From Lama guanicoe (Eukaryota), in assembly GCA_013239625.1 (NCBI GenBank), contig MU053557.1, positions 3,316,123 to 3,380,122 of the forward strand: a stretch of DNA of 64,000 nucleotides. Direction: 5' to 3'. The notes under the pieces were generated by a model that saw only the letters and a list, made by a program, of their open reading frames with translations, did no database searches and had not been told where the DNA came from. Positions 38,496-52,049 of this stretch are shown here, in pieces. Position numbers and translations under genes: made by a program. Within the stretch, counting starts at the first letter, position 1. Every line of letters starts with the position of its first letter.

Positions 38496-39789
38496 ATTCT
38501 GTGCACAAGGACTGCGTGTGCAGACCCCTGTGGGAGGCAGGGGGAGTATGGCTCCTCATGGCAGATCCTGGAGCAACAGGAAACCTGAGAGGCTGTTTGC
38601 AGTTTGACCAGACAGGCTTTGTTGGCCACATTAAGGAACTGCGATTTGACCCTAAAGGTGCTGCCTTCTCAAGGAAGGGGGCCTGATTAGATTTGTGTTT
38701 CCTAAAATTTGCTTGGGCTGCTGTGTGAAGAATGAGTTATAAGAGTGTCTGAGGGGAAGTACTGACTCCAGAAAGTAAGGTGTCCCCACGATGGTGCTAG
38801 GGAAGAATATATTTGTGAATATATTCTTTACTCTGTTCATTCATTCTTTAAGTTATTCTCCAAATGACAGATAAAGAATAGAGTGGATAGTTATCTTGGT
38901 ATTACATTGTTATGTTATCCAGGGCTCTGCTCTAACATGTCACAAATCTGCTTTCACATTCATTTACCCAGGTATTTATTTATTCATCCACCCATACTTC
39001 AGTCCATCAACTTAAAATTTACTCAGCACCTAGTATATATGAGGCACTGTTACAGACTCCAAAGATACAATATACGACTAGATAAAGGCTAATGGATATA
39101 TTTACACAAAGGAAGGGCCGATTAATTAGCATAAAATGATGCATCAAATGGACTTTTTTTTTTAACCGATATAAAAGAATAGGAGCAAAATTCTCTTAAA
39201 GAACGCATACTGCAGAGATTGGTCATAAAGCCATTAACCCATAGGTCACCTACAGATAGGTATTAGTGGAAAGACGGATCAAAAAAAATGTAAATGTAAT
39301 AAGAAATAAACATTTGTCTATTTTAATGGAGAATTTGTGACTAGTCACTGTGGCTGTTTTCATAATACAGCATTTGTGACTGATCCCTTTTGGGGGATCA
39401 GAACAATAATACAGTATTAGGTACCTTTTAACATGGTTTATAGTTACTAGGTAGGAAGTGAAAATATTGAGCTGGCCAGTTCAAGAATTCATGGCTGACA
39501 CTAGAGAAGTATCATCAAAAATGAAATAGTACATGGATGCAGAATCATGATCACCTGTTATCTGCCTGGTCTTCCCAACTTCAAAATGACCAGAGCGGCT
39601 GTGGTGTTCTTCACTGATCCAACCCTCCTCAGAAGAGGAGGATTTTCAGTGGGTCACTGTAACCTGGACATAACAGCTAAAACTGCTGATAGCTATTTCT
39701 GTACTCTTTTCATTCTCCTCTTTCCTTTGTCTTCCTCGGTAGATGTCTAACATGGAAGAATTAGTGCTACACAATTTATTAGCATAAAA

Positions 39790-40450
39790 GTACAGAATGC
39801 ATAGAGGAAAGGGACATGTGAAGGAAATCAAGAGGTACAAACTTCCAGTTGCAAAATAGATGAGTCATGGGCATGAAATGTACACTGTGGGGAGTACAGT
39901 CAATAACTATGTAGCATCTTTGTGCCACCACAGATCGGAGTGTAACTAGACTTATCTTAGTGATCATTTTGAAGTGAACAGAAATATTGATCACTAGGTT
40001 GTGTAACAGGAACTAACATAATGTAGGTCAATTAGACTTCAAAACCAACCAACTAAACAAACAAACTCATAGAAAACCACAACCACCAGGTTGTGGTTAC
40101 CTGAGGCAAGGGGTTGAGGGGGAAGGTACTGGATGAATGCAGTCAAAAGGTACAAACTTCCAGTTATAAGATAAATAAGTACTGGGGATGTAACTTACAA
40201 CATGATAAATATAATTAACACAGCTGTATACTATATATAAAAGTTGTTAAGAGAGTAAATCCTAAGAGTTCTCAGCACAAGAAACAAAATTCTTTCTATT
40301 TCTTGAATTTTGTATCTATAGATGATAGATGTTCACTAAATTTATTGTGATAATCATTTCGTGATGTATGTAGGTCAAATCATCATGCTGTACCCCTTAA
40401 AGTCACACGGTGCTGAATGTCAATCATATCTCAATAAAACTGGAAGAAAA
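39790..40450 (+). mobile_element. Tandem L1 3' end fragments
   Basis: aggtacaaacttccagtt occurs twice; ends caatcatatctcaataaaactggaagaaaaa. Confidence 0.7.
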
Positions 40451-40889
40451 AGATGAATGCATGGGCAGATGGTATCTCTTGCAACTTCCTGGGGTTCCCC
40501 TGCTTACAGTAAAAGTCCCACTAGAACGCACGGAACTGAGCTATTTAGTCAGCAACCACCAAGAGCAGTCAGCGTGCCTTCTCGGGCGCCTTTAGCAGCT
40601 GCTAGATCATTGACAAAAATGACTTCGGTAAATGCTACAAGGAAAGAAGCATGAGTCACTGCATTTTAAGGAGGGTATCTTTATATATAATTTAAGTTAG
40701 TCTTTGGTTTAAGAGTAGAACATAAATCATTAATTTAGTAGGAAAAATATTTGTACAGTTATTTGCAGTATGTTTTTACTACCTGCCAAGAAGCCACATA
40801 TTTTTCTTCCTTACTTCCTCCTGTCTCTCTCTTGCCTGCTTTGGACAGATACATAGCATTAGTCACTCTCTGGTAATGTCTTATTCCGG

Positions 40890-41120
40890 GTATTTTATAT
40901 TTATTTATTTATATAACTATTTATCATTATATATTTATATATAAATATATTATTATATATGATTATAATATATTCTGTATTATATATTATTTATTTACAT
41001 ATATAAATATATATTATATATTATTATATATTATATATAAAGTTTTATATATAAAGTTATATATCTATATAAAGTTATATGTAGCTATATAAAGTTATAT
41101 ATATAATTGTTTATAATAAT
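40890..41120. repeat. AT-rich / (TA)n low-complexity tract
   Basis: Nearly pure TA/TTA repeats including tatataaagttata units. Confidence 0.85.
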
Positions 41121-43465
41121 CCCAATTATTCTCTGAAAAGAGGAAATAAAGAGGTAACTACATTTTAGTTTTGGTGGTAAACTACTTGGCAGTAGTAGAG
41201 GTTTTATTTTCAAACCTGTATATTTGCAAACTCAGTAAATGTGACAGCCAACTTGTTTTTTATACTACTAGCTCAGAGTTGCTGATTGTTGAACCATGTG
41301 CCAGTCCATGTGTAAGTCCTTTATATGCATAATCTCATTTAATTCTCTCAACATAATACCATGCTATAGTTAATATAATTAATCCTAACTATCTTATGGA
41401 ATAGGAAAACTGACCTCGGGCTAAACCTACCATCACACAACTAGTAAATGGGAGGATTCAAATGTAACAGGATGTTTAACTTCAAAGCCATACACACTAC
41501 ACCACTCAGCCTTTTCCCTGTACATAATTTACACTGCCCAGATTCACAGTCACGTTAATTTACTATATTATTATTAATTACAATTATGTTTTTTTCATTT
41601 GACCATGACTAAGTGTCAATTATTGTGCTACTCTGGAGGGAAAAGCAAATCACATTTTGTTCATCTCTCAAGGAGTTACAAAAAATGGGAAAAAGTATGG
41701 AAATGAGCACATTGCAATTTCAAATCCCAAGAGCTAAGCAGGACTACACAAATCGTAGAGGACACCTCTGACTGCTGATCTATATGCACATAAGTGATGC
41801 TGAAAATGTGAGAGAAAGGCCCTCCTCTTTCATTAGTGAGGTTAAAAGTGGACTCTGGTGTGAGGCTGCCTGGGTGCAAATCCTAGTCCTGCCCATTGTA
41901 GCCGTGTGGTCTTGGGAAAGTCACATGCGGCAATTTCTCTAACTGTAAAAAATAAATAAGTAAATAAAAAATAAAAATAGTACCTACTTTCTAAGTTTTT
42001 TTTTTTTGAGGATTAATGTATCTACTGCTTAAAAGAGCACCCACAGTATTAAATGTTGGTCATTATTGATACTAATGTTCAAACCTATTCATTTGCTAGC
42101 TAGTATTTGTAAGGTTTGAGGTTTCTTCCCTATACCACCCTAACTGAGTTTTATTTGCCTCACTAATTTATGGTTCTTTGCAGGGGAGGGCTGTTGGTTT
42201 TCTGAGGTTCTGGTCATGTTGATCCTTTCCTAGAGAAGCTCGCCCATTTATCTTTAGATAGTCTCATTCAGTTTAAGAGACTAAGTCCTCTTCTTGATGG
42301 CCGGCAAGGCTACCCTTCTTGTCAGACAAAGGATCACTTTCAGTCCAAAAAGAAAATTCGTGGAGGAAGGAATAAGCCAGGGAGTTGGTAATGTGGGCAG
42401 ACTTTCTGGGCGTGTCTGCTTAACCCCTTCCTTGTGTCAGGTCATGCTAATGCACTTTTGCTTGTCTGCTTCACACCCAGGTAACAGAGCTGAAACCCAC
42501 GGAGAGAGAAAGTGTTCCTCTTCCATTTTTCAACTTGCTACAGAAAATGTCACATAACATGAGGTCCAGGAAACATCCCTGCATAATAGAACCTAAGAGG
42601 ATAACCAAAGTTGACACAGACCATGGGAAAGGGACTTGGAAGAGCAGCCAGCCTTCTTCATTTTACAATAATGGTATTAAGGTTTGTGGTTTCTGGACCC
42701 GGGTAAAAGTCAGAATCACTTGGTATGCTCAGTAAAGACACAGATCAATTCTTGCCCTCCACCTGTCTCACCCTGTGTCTCGTTCCCACGGCCAGGAATC
42801 TGCTTCATTAAATCGGAGGTAAGGCTTTGGAATCTGTGTTTTTAATAGCATTGGGAATCACTGTCTAAGATTTTTTATACATATATTTGTGAGACCTGGG
42901 TTTGACAATTTAGTAATGATAAGACTCTTCTTTTTTGTTCTAAATTGACATTGCAAGTTACCTTATTTTAAAACAAGATCCAATTTCACTAAATAGCCTG
43001 TTTTCCTGAGTTCTGATGAAAAGGGACTAGGAGAAAGGGTCTAAAAAAGCAGTCATTTTTAACTTGTTAGATTTACAGAAGCAGAATTTTCAAGCTGGAA
43101 GATATACCAAAAATATGTTCATATTTCTTCACTTTGCAGATAGAAAAGCAACTCATTCTATGTAATGAGACTACAGTGAGAATACACAGATCCAGAGACA
43201 TCATGACTCCCCAAAGCAAGGCAGTTAACTAGAGAAAAGTTCTCGATATCCATCCTTCTTCATAGTTGTTTTATTTCTTTAATCATCATCCGAACTGACT
43301 GGATCTGTTTCTCATTTTTATGGCATTTAAGCTAACCAAACCAAGTGTATTTGTTTTTTTTAAAAACACGAGCATAGAAACCCCAGGCAGCATCCTTATC
43401 CAATATCTCTTAGAAGCACATTTTGAGAAGTAAATGGAATCTTACCTGTAAGAGGCACCTTGACA

Positions 43466-43516
43466 TCAAGGCCATAGAATAAAGGCAAGAGAGAAGAACA
43501 AGAATAGAAACAGAAA
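43466..43516 (-). CDS. JAKMIP2: JAKMIP2 alternative exon encoding hydrophobic tail anchor FLFLFLFFSLAFILWP* (whole exon 43446-43516)
   Basis: Polypyrimidine-CAG acceptor, 16 hydrophobic codons then TGA (43466-43468), AG|GTAAG donor at 43445; resembles JAKMIP-family C-terminal TM segments. Confidence 0.88.
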   Translation of the reverse strand, partial: FLFLFLFFSLAFILWP

Positions 43517-44028
43517 CTGCAGAAGAAAAAGAAGAAGATTATGTAAATCTGAATTTCTGTAGTGCCATTCAGGTAGTACAAAACCTCAGCTTTTCCACAT
43601 TGCTCAAATCTGACCATTTCTCATGCACACACCAAGTACCTTTTGTTTCAAAAAACCATACCTTTTATTTTTCCACTGGTAAAGCAATGCAGTGAATAAC
43701 TAGTGTTCAACTCACATCGACTCATACGTTTTAGAATTCTGAGGGGGCCTTACAGGTGATTGGTCTAAGCTCCTACTTTTATAAGAGAGAAAAATAAGCA
43801 CAGAGCAGTTAATCAACAGACTTAACTTCATGGTACAGTGAAGCCTAGCGCTCACACCTCCTGCGTCCTACTCTATTACATGCTATTGTCTCTATTTTTA
43901 ATGTGTGAGAGGGTAATTAAAATCTTTTTAAATGATCACAGCATACACTTAAATCACTCAATGCTATCATTGTCTGGCTAATGTGTTAGGTTTTAGGACT
44001 GAGGCACAGTAGGAAGAATATTAATCTG

Positions 44029-44160
44029 TAGGGTAAACACATCTCAACTCTCCTCAGGGGATCCTCCTGGGAGGGACCTGGAACAGTGTTAGTAATTATA
44101 TCAGGGCAACAGGTATAAACTGTGTCTGTCCCGGATGAGCGAGGCTATGTGGTCATCCTA
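44029..44160. mobile_element. MER81/MER94-like hAT-Blackjack relic
   Basis: Imperfect inverted ends tagggtaaacac / gtggtcatccta; internal gcaacaggtataaactg..ctgtcccgg. Confidence 0.5.
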
Positions 44161-44560
44161 TTGGTATGAAATATGCTTTTAACAGCAATGGACACTCCAG
44201 GTGGTGACAGGATGACGCTACCCCAGCCTGTCAGGCTTCTGAGCGAGGTTTCTCCTTGTTTGACTCATAGAAGCTAAATGGAGTCTGACTTGTCTCTCTT
44301 CACCAAGACCTTTCACCAGAGAAGCAGATAACTTGGATGGAAAACACGCTTGTGGAGGGCTGGTATAAAACCAGCTGTGTACTAAATAAAGTATCACAGG
44401 CCAGATCAGTTTTTTCAAATACTGGCTTCCTTGGTGATTTACTCTTGGAGCCACGAAGTCTTTGGCCTTATCACACTTCAGGGGTGTTCTGTTGGACACG
44501 ACTTCTTTGAATAGGGTCCTATGTGGTCGTCTCATACTGGGCATGTTATTTGCATATTTC

Positions 44561-44722
44561 CTTTTTTCTATATTTTATTTATTTATTTTTTGTTTGTTTG
44601 TTGGGGGGAGGTGATCAGGTTTATTTATTTACTTACGTATTTTAATGGAGGTACTGGGGATGGAACCCAGGACCTTGTGCATGCTAAGCACACAATCTAC
44701 CACTCAGCTGCATCCGCCCCCT
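44561..44722 (-). mobile_element. tRNA-derived SINE (vic-1-like)
   Basis: ggaggtactggggatggaacccaggaccttgtgcatgctaagc...; flanking catatttc repeat. Confidence 0.8.
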
Positions 44723-47261
44723 TACATATTTCTTTTAATGTCACTACTTAGAAGGCTCTTGCTTCAGTGTGCCAAGGCTGCATGAACAAGTTATAAACGT
44801 GGTGTGAAGAGCCATGTATGGGTGACTGATCTAGCAGTACAAAAAGGAGAAACTGTGTCCTTTTTTTTCATTTCTTGAAGATGGACAGTGACAGGATGGC
44901 ACCTGTAGCAGCCGTGGACGGAGGAGAGGACTGGAAGGCTTCCACTGTCCCTGTGGGGAGGTCATGTGTTGGAGACACCTCTCTGGGCACGAGGGGATGC
45001 CCATCACCTAGGTGGCAATGAGAGTCTTAATTCCATGCCATGTGGTGGGCAGGCTGTGGATCTCAGGGTCAGACGCCTGACCTCTGGCCTTGATTTGCCA
45101 TAGTCTTGTCATATGATTTGGGGAAAGTTGCTTAATCTCTCTGAGCCATTGTCTTATTACTTGTATAAAAGGGGATCATATCTGCTGTGTCTGTCTCAGA
45201 ATAATTAGGACAATCAAATGAGATGATGAATGCAGGGGTGCTTTCATAATGGCGAGGAGCTGCTCGTGGGAAGCAACTTCGCTACATTTGTTGTCATCAC
45301 CTGATTTATACCACCCAGGCACGTGGGAATTAGGAACAAGGAAGGACTATTGTATGTACCCTGCAGGGGTGTTCAAGTACCCAGGGGAAAGAATGAAGGA
45401 CATCCCTGACATAAGTGATCTTTAGCCTTTTTACTGAGCTTGTGGGCGAGCAGCATTGAGGTCAAGTGAACGGAAGCTGCTTTATAAACCTCATCTCTCG
45501 TTCACATCTCTAATCACAGACCAACTGCGTTGTTCTTGAAATGGCTTAGTTTAGCACTGTACACAGAATATGCTCTATGATAGCGAAATCATCTTTATTT
45601 TCTGTTAAGTACATTAACCTATTTTCATAAATGTTTGGGAAGTTCGGAACTGTGAAATAAAAAAGTTCACCCTTAATTCTGACGGTGAACAAAATCTTAA
45701 TCCCTTTCCTTCCAAAATTTCCATGGGATTTAGTAAGAGAATATCGGGGGGTTAGGGGGGGCATGACTAGATATAAAAAAGTTCCTCTGTCTGCTTTTCC
45801 TCAGGTGAATGGGGCAGAGCTGTCTTCACTGTGACTTCTGCCTGGAGCCAGCCCAGGACTGTCTGAGAATTAGCAGAGAGGACGACTAGCACCAAGAACT
45901 AGCCCTTCAAAAATGTGGAAAGTGGAAGACATTAGGTGCGTCCTCTGACAACCAGGGAAGCTCTGGAACAATCCCTGCCTTCTGCGGGTCTTCCTGACAA
46001 ACACTGGGAAATTAGACTCAGTTTTTGGTTTACTGCACTTTTACCTTTGCCTCATTTAATCCCGCAGAACTAAACAGCACACTTCTGACATCAAGAAAAT
46101 TCAATTTTAAAAATTTATGTAAGATACATGCTTTACATTTGGAAATTTTAAAAACTGTACTTTAGTTTGACTTACACTTTCTCTGTGTTTCCTAATTTTC
46201 ATCTAAGTGACCTCATACGTTCCTCATGGAACCCATGAGAGGAGGTGAGGGCGACCGTTATCACCCTTATTTTATAAATGTGGCTTAGACACGGGAGGAA
46301 GTCACTTACCCAAGGTCAAATAAGTACATGAAGACCCAGCCTCCATGAGAATCCAGGTGGCCAACTGCCTGGCTACTGGATCCTACCAACGCCCTCTGAG
46401 CTCACATACATGGACAGCTCACATACAGAAGCAATTTGGGATGAACCAAATTCTAATCATTGTCTCAGAAATGGTAGATGATTTGCTATTTGCTTCTGGG
46501 GTGCCCATGAAAGATACTGCAAAACCACCATTGATTTTTGCAACACAGGGATCCAAGCAGCTGCTTGCAGTCTACGAGACTGGAACTCCAGAGACTCCCT
46601 CTTGCCAGGTGCTCCTGGCACCTCAGGCAGGATGACTCTCGGTTACGTGAGACTGTCAACTCATTGCAGCTAGGCAGCACCCCTGCGTCACCCTCTCCCT
46701 TCCCCTGGCACACACACGTTTCCAAATGCCCTCTTTACCCCCTAGAAGTGTTGGCTGACTTGGAAGAAGCAGTTACTCTCTCAGACCACTGGGGAAGTGA
46801 CAGGAGAGCATAATTATCATGTGTCAATCTAAACTACTGGACGTATTACTGAGGTGAAGTTATAGCACAAGGGGGAAAGAAAGGGCTTTTTATGAGCAAT
46901 GGGAAAGATTATTTTTTAAAGGGACTAAACGATTTTTTTTTTAAAGAGCAAAGTAGAGTAACAAAACTTAGAAGAAATTTTTGGAAAAGAAGTGCAGGTG
47001 GGGAAGGGGAAAACCGAGAAAACAAAACATACATGGAAAAGAATAGGAATCGATACAGAAGGCAAAAATGTGACTGAAGGCAGAAGCTTTGTGGGAATCC
47101 TGGGGCCTGACTATGTATCAGCAGAGTCTGCGTTTACTGTAACTACCCTGCCCACGCGAGATACACAGCAGCTGAGAAGAAAGAAAACAGTGAGTGAAGC
47201 CGGTATTACTGTCTAATCTAAAAAATAAAGACTGAAATACATATTGAACTTAAACACGTAC

Positions 47262-47327
47262 CTTTTCTTCTAAGTCCTTTATCTGTCTCTTCTGGATGTC
47301 TGTTTTATCTTCTAAGTCACGAATTCT
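47262..47327 (-). CDS. JAKMIP2: JAKMIP2 coding exon (RIRDLEDKTDIQKRQIKDLEEK)
   Basis: 66 nt, long polypyrimidine tract plus CAG, GTACG donor. Confidence 0.92.
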
Positions 47328-47539
47328 CTGAAAGAAAGGGGGAAAAAAAAAAGCTTGAGAGGGCATTAAGTTAAACGAGAAGATTGTTCACCGACTTAAA
47401 ACGCAGAAGTTTCAATAAAAACATTAACATCTGGAAACATTACATATACATTTTTCTATACCCAGAGGGTTGTTGCATGTTTCAAAAGTTACCCAAACTC
47501 ATAGTGAAAATCACTGTCATTGATTGTATTAAAAAAGGA

Positions 47540-47693
47540 ACTTGGTGTGTGTGTGGGGGGGGGGGAAGGTAGGTAATTAGGTTTATTTACTTATTTTTAT
47601 TTAATTTTTTAAAAATGAGGTTCTGGGGATTGAACCCAGGACCTCGTGCATGCTAAGCAGGCACTCAACCACTGAGCTATGCCCTCCCACTCC
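47540..47693 (-). mobile_element. tRNA-derived SINE (vic-1-like)
   Basis: ggggattgaacccaggacctcgtgcatgctaagc...actgagctatgccctccc; 15-bp TSD gattgtattaaaaaa. Confidence 0.83.
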
Positions 47694-48490
47694 GATTGTA
47701 TTAAAAAACGATTTGCCACTCCTTTGTTCTGAGTCAGTCTCTCCCTGCAGACCCCTTCCCAGTGAAAGAGGTAAGGTCCTCACCCCACTGTCCTGGGGCT
47801 TGGATGTGGCCAGCGGAACACGAGCTGCAGTGCTATGTGAGAAAGCCACATCCGTGCAGAGACAGCAGTGTGTCCCAGAATCAGTGAGCAACAAACAAAC
47901 TTTGTTGTAAACCATTTGGATAAAGATTTTTGGTTGCTTATTACCACATTTTAAAAAAATGGCTAAAGCTGGATCACATAAATGCAACAATCTCATTTTT
48001 TTCCTACCATTTTTTAAAAACCTTATTTCCATTGTGTTTCAGGGTGGCATTTCCTCACAAAACAAGACTGACCAATTCTCATAAAACAAAGTAGAGATTA
48101 CACTTCCAAAATATTCGAAAGAGGGAAATGATAAAGCAGGAAAAAGAATCGAACATAACAAAAATAGCACAAGTAATCAAAGTGATTTGAAATCAACATT
48201 ACAGAAATAATTATTTAAAAGTGAAAAAAAGTCTTCAAATTTCTTTCTGGCCACCTAAAGCTTTGTATATTCACAGCACAGGGTTACAGAGGGGAGGCTT
48301 GAAATTTAATGCCTCTTTTGAGGACAACTAGGAAACAGAGAAGCGGAGTCTGGGAAGAAAACGAAGAAAGCGACAGGAGATAATAAAACAGAAAGAGAGG
48401 TTTTTACAACGCAAGGTGGGGAGAAAAAGGGGAAGCTAGAATAAAGAACACGTGATCTTAGAAATCGTACTTATCTTCCTCTCTCTAAAA

Positions 48491-48822
48491 CAGTGGTTCT
48501 CAAGTGGGGATGATTTCGCACCCCAAGTGACATTTGGCAATGTCTGGACATTTTTTAAAAAGGTGTGATAATTTATTTTAAAGTGCACAATTCAGTGGTT
48601 TTAGTATACTCACAAAGTTGTGCAACCATGATCACCGATTGTCTGGACATTTTGAATCAATCACATGTGATCACTGGTCACAGCTGAGGGGAGGGGTGTA
48701 ACTGGCACCTAATGGGCAGAGGCCAGGGACGCTGCTAAATATCCCACAATACACAAGCAGCCCCCACCAGCAAGAATCATCGGGCCCCAACCATCAGTAG
48801 GTGCAGACACTGAGAAATCCTG
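48491..48822 (+). mobile_element. MER20-like DNA transposon interrupted by a short L1-derived insert
   Basis: cagtggttctcaa...catttggcaatgtctgga...gaggccagggacgctgctaaatatcc...tgagaaatcctg. Confidence 0.75.
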
Positions 48823-51800
48823 CTTCCCAGGAAAGGGGCTGAGGTTCGTGCAGGAGAGGAGGGTGTGTTTTGTCGGAGAGACCATCAAGGCTGACCTTGA
48901 ACGTGCGTGACAATGAACGCGGACAGTATGTGTATACTTGTGTGATGTGTGTGCTTGTGTGTCTGTCCGTAGTGCCACTCATGCTCCATAGCTATACAGC
49001 AAAAGAATAAACTTGCTAGATATTACTACCTTGAGCGTGCAAATACATCCTGGATATGCCTGCGGGATGTGGAGACAAGTATTAGCTCAGTAAAGTCATG
49101 GGCACATGAGATGACCGCGGACTCTATTCAGCCAACAAGTCTGTGCCTGGCAGGCCCCTCCTGACGTGTTCAGGATTGCGGGGGATTAACGGAGAATACA
49201 GGTAAGACGCCAATTAGTTCCTAGTCTCAAAGAACGATCAGATCCAGAAGGAGAGACAAAATATAAAACACGTGGGATAACAAATTAAGTAGAGAGGTAA
49301 ACAAGGCAAAACCACATGTGACTCCATCACCCGTCTCCAGCACCCAGTGTGGTGTTCAGCACAGAGAAGCTGCCTGTACTAAATATTATTTAGTAAATGA
49401 GCTGGTTATGCTACGCTGGGTGCTGCGGGCTTTGTTCCTTTTTCTTCCTATCGGCTTGTCACCTTGCCATCCCATCAGACAGGAAACCCTGTTGAATCCA
49501 AAATACACCCCTTTTCTAACTTTTTTTTAAATCTCTACAGCTACCAAGTGTACCAGGTCACCATCATCCCCCATCAGGACTGGTGCGAGAGGTTCCTGCT
49601 GGCTCCTCCTGCTTCTAATCATGTCCTTTCTTTCTACACTCATCTGAACTCTTAGAATGTGACCTGATCAGGGCAGGTCTTGAGTTTTAAGGAGGAAGAG
49701 GAAGAAGGGAGAATCAAACCAACCTCCTTCATGCCTCAACATGACCCAGCACTGCCTGAGTTCTCCAGATCCATCTCCTACCAGCCACTCCTTGGCTCTG
49801 GGTACTCCTGCCATCCTGGCCTTCTCTCGGCTCCCTGAAGAGTACAAACATTCCCACAATAGAGACTCAAAACCCCCGCTGTCCTTAACTCCTGGGACAC
49901 TTTGCCAAGACCTTCATGTGGCTGATCCCTTGGGTTTTCGACATCTTCAGAGAGGCCTGCTCTGGGCCAGTTTAAAGTGGCTAATCCTACTCTCACACTC
50001 CGAAACATTCAAACAACAATCTCTAATAAATGGTTAATGATACGCTCTAGAATTTAGTCAGAATTTATGCATGATAAGTTCCTGGCCAGTGCCTCCTGGA
50101 ATACTTCTCTCAAATCAAAGCTACTGATTAAAAGGGAAAACGAAGAGCAAGAACTAACTGGAAAGGCATATTCTAAGGAACAATTTGCTTGGGAGACAGA
50201 AATATCAATGGAACCCTCTGAAGCTCAGAAATACAATGTACTTAACAGCTCAGACTGGATAACTTGAAACACAAGACCACCTCTTTTGGGAGTGAAGTAC
50301 CTCAGCTGATTGAAGAGACACTTATAAGCCATGACAGGGTTTTAATGATAGACGACTATTTGTCCATCTCAAAACTAAACACTTCTGCAGTTCCACAACA
50401 CACCTCTTGATGTGCTGAAATTAATTAAATGCTACTGCAAGTGAAGAAACTTGTGCAGACGATGCTTTCGTTCCTGTCTAGAAGGAAAGGGGGCCTGCAT
50501 TAATGCAATGATACCATAGAGTCTACTATAAAAGGCTTTAAAAACTCCTTCCAGGACCAAAAGCTAAATCTTTATGATGGAATCTCAAAAACTACTGAAA
50601 CTAACATGCATGCGTTTGTCATCTCTGGGACACGACGGCTTCAGAGTTTCCTGTTAACTTGGGCAACTTGTTAACCTAGCAAGATCCACAAAGTTCCTGG
50701 CTACATCTGAAGTGTGCTGAACGTTCCCCATCAATTGTTTAGTGTCATAAGATAACCCCATTCCTCTTCCGCTCGCCTTGACCTCAGATGACCACATGTT
50801 CCTACTTCTTGTATAGCCCATCTGGATTTCACACCAGTTGGTTATGACAGCTTGTGAGTACCAAATACTACAGCCTGAAACTTTCAACTCTGGAATTATT
50901 ACAGACTCTGCTTTTTGACCAGGACCCTCGTCTTTGCCTATCAAGCTATGACACGAACAAAGAGTTGGAATTAAGAATTTTGGCTCTATGTTAATATTGG
51001 ATGTCTATTTTGAGCCTTGCTTGTCTAGATAAATCATATAAATGATAGATGACGCAAGCTGCATAAGACAGTATGATGCACTGGTTACGTGCACTGGCCT
51101 TGGAGCCAGGCTGATCTGGGTTGTAATTCTGGTTCTGTTGCTTACTCTCTGTCATCTTGGGCAAATCACTTAAGTGTATCTTATCTTCCGTAGCACTAAC
51201 TCTTTTTATTTTATTTTATTTTTTTAATTGAAGTATAGTCAGGTATCATTGACTCTTAAGTTGGGATAAGAAGAATACTTCGAAGACCGTAGTGGGCTAT
51301 TGTGAAGATTAAATGAAATGATGTAAGTAGAGCTCTTAGTTTAGTTCCTGACATATAGCAAATGCCAGTAAGTGAGAGGCAGTATCCACGCTCTGACGTT
51401 GTTGCTCTTCATTCTGGGAATAAGGAGCAGGGCCCTTGTCCCCTTTTCCCTGCTCAGACTGTGTAATCAGGCTAGGTTACAGACTGAGATGAGTAACAGC
51501 AGGGAAGCATTACTTCTGTCCTGGAGAGAGTCCTGCTTCCCAGCAGAAGGGACAGAGTCAGGCTCCATGAGACTGAAAGGGTGCTTCATGACAAAGGAGT
51601 TGCAAAAATAGCAACATTACGTGATGCTTCTCCAGTGCCGATTTTCTTACGATTAATTCATTACAAAACCATCATCCTGTTTCTGAGTGTAGGTGGAAGA
51701 CAATAGTTATTTCACCCTCTGAAAATAAAAACAGCTTCTCGCACCCAGGCTTGTCCGAACCCACACTTGATACCGTGTGCTGCGTATGCACTGAGTCCCG

Positions 51801-51845
51801 TGTGCTCGGCGCCGCCGTGCACAGGGGGCGTGACTCGAGCCTCAC

Positions 51846-52049
51846 CTGGTGGGCTTGCTGTAAGAGCTCCATCCTCTCCTGGAGGATCTGACAGTCGTAC
51901 TCCCTGCTCTTCCTCAGCATCTGCCGCCGCAACTTTTCCACTGCGGTCCTCAGCTCCTCTTGCTGTTTTTCGCTTAATAATTCACCAAACTTGATCACGG
52001 TTTCTTGCTGCAGGGCGTTGTACAAGGTTGCTTCGAGTTCCTGGATTCT
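51846..52049 (-). CDS. JAKMIP2: JAKMIP2 coding exon (RIQELEATLYNALQQ...ERMELLQQAHQ)
   Basis: 204 nt, CAG/GTGAG boundaries; inside ORF 51672..52118(-); distinctive JAKMIP C-terminal coiled coil. Confidence 0.95.
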
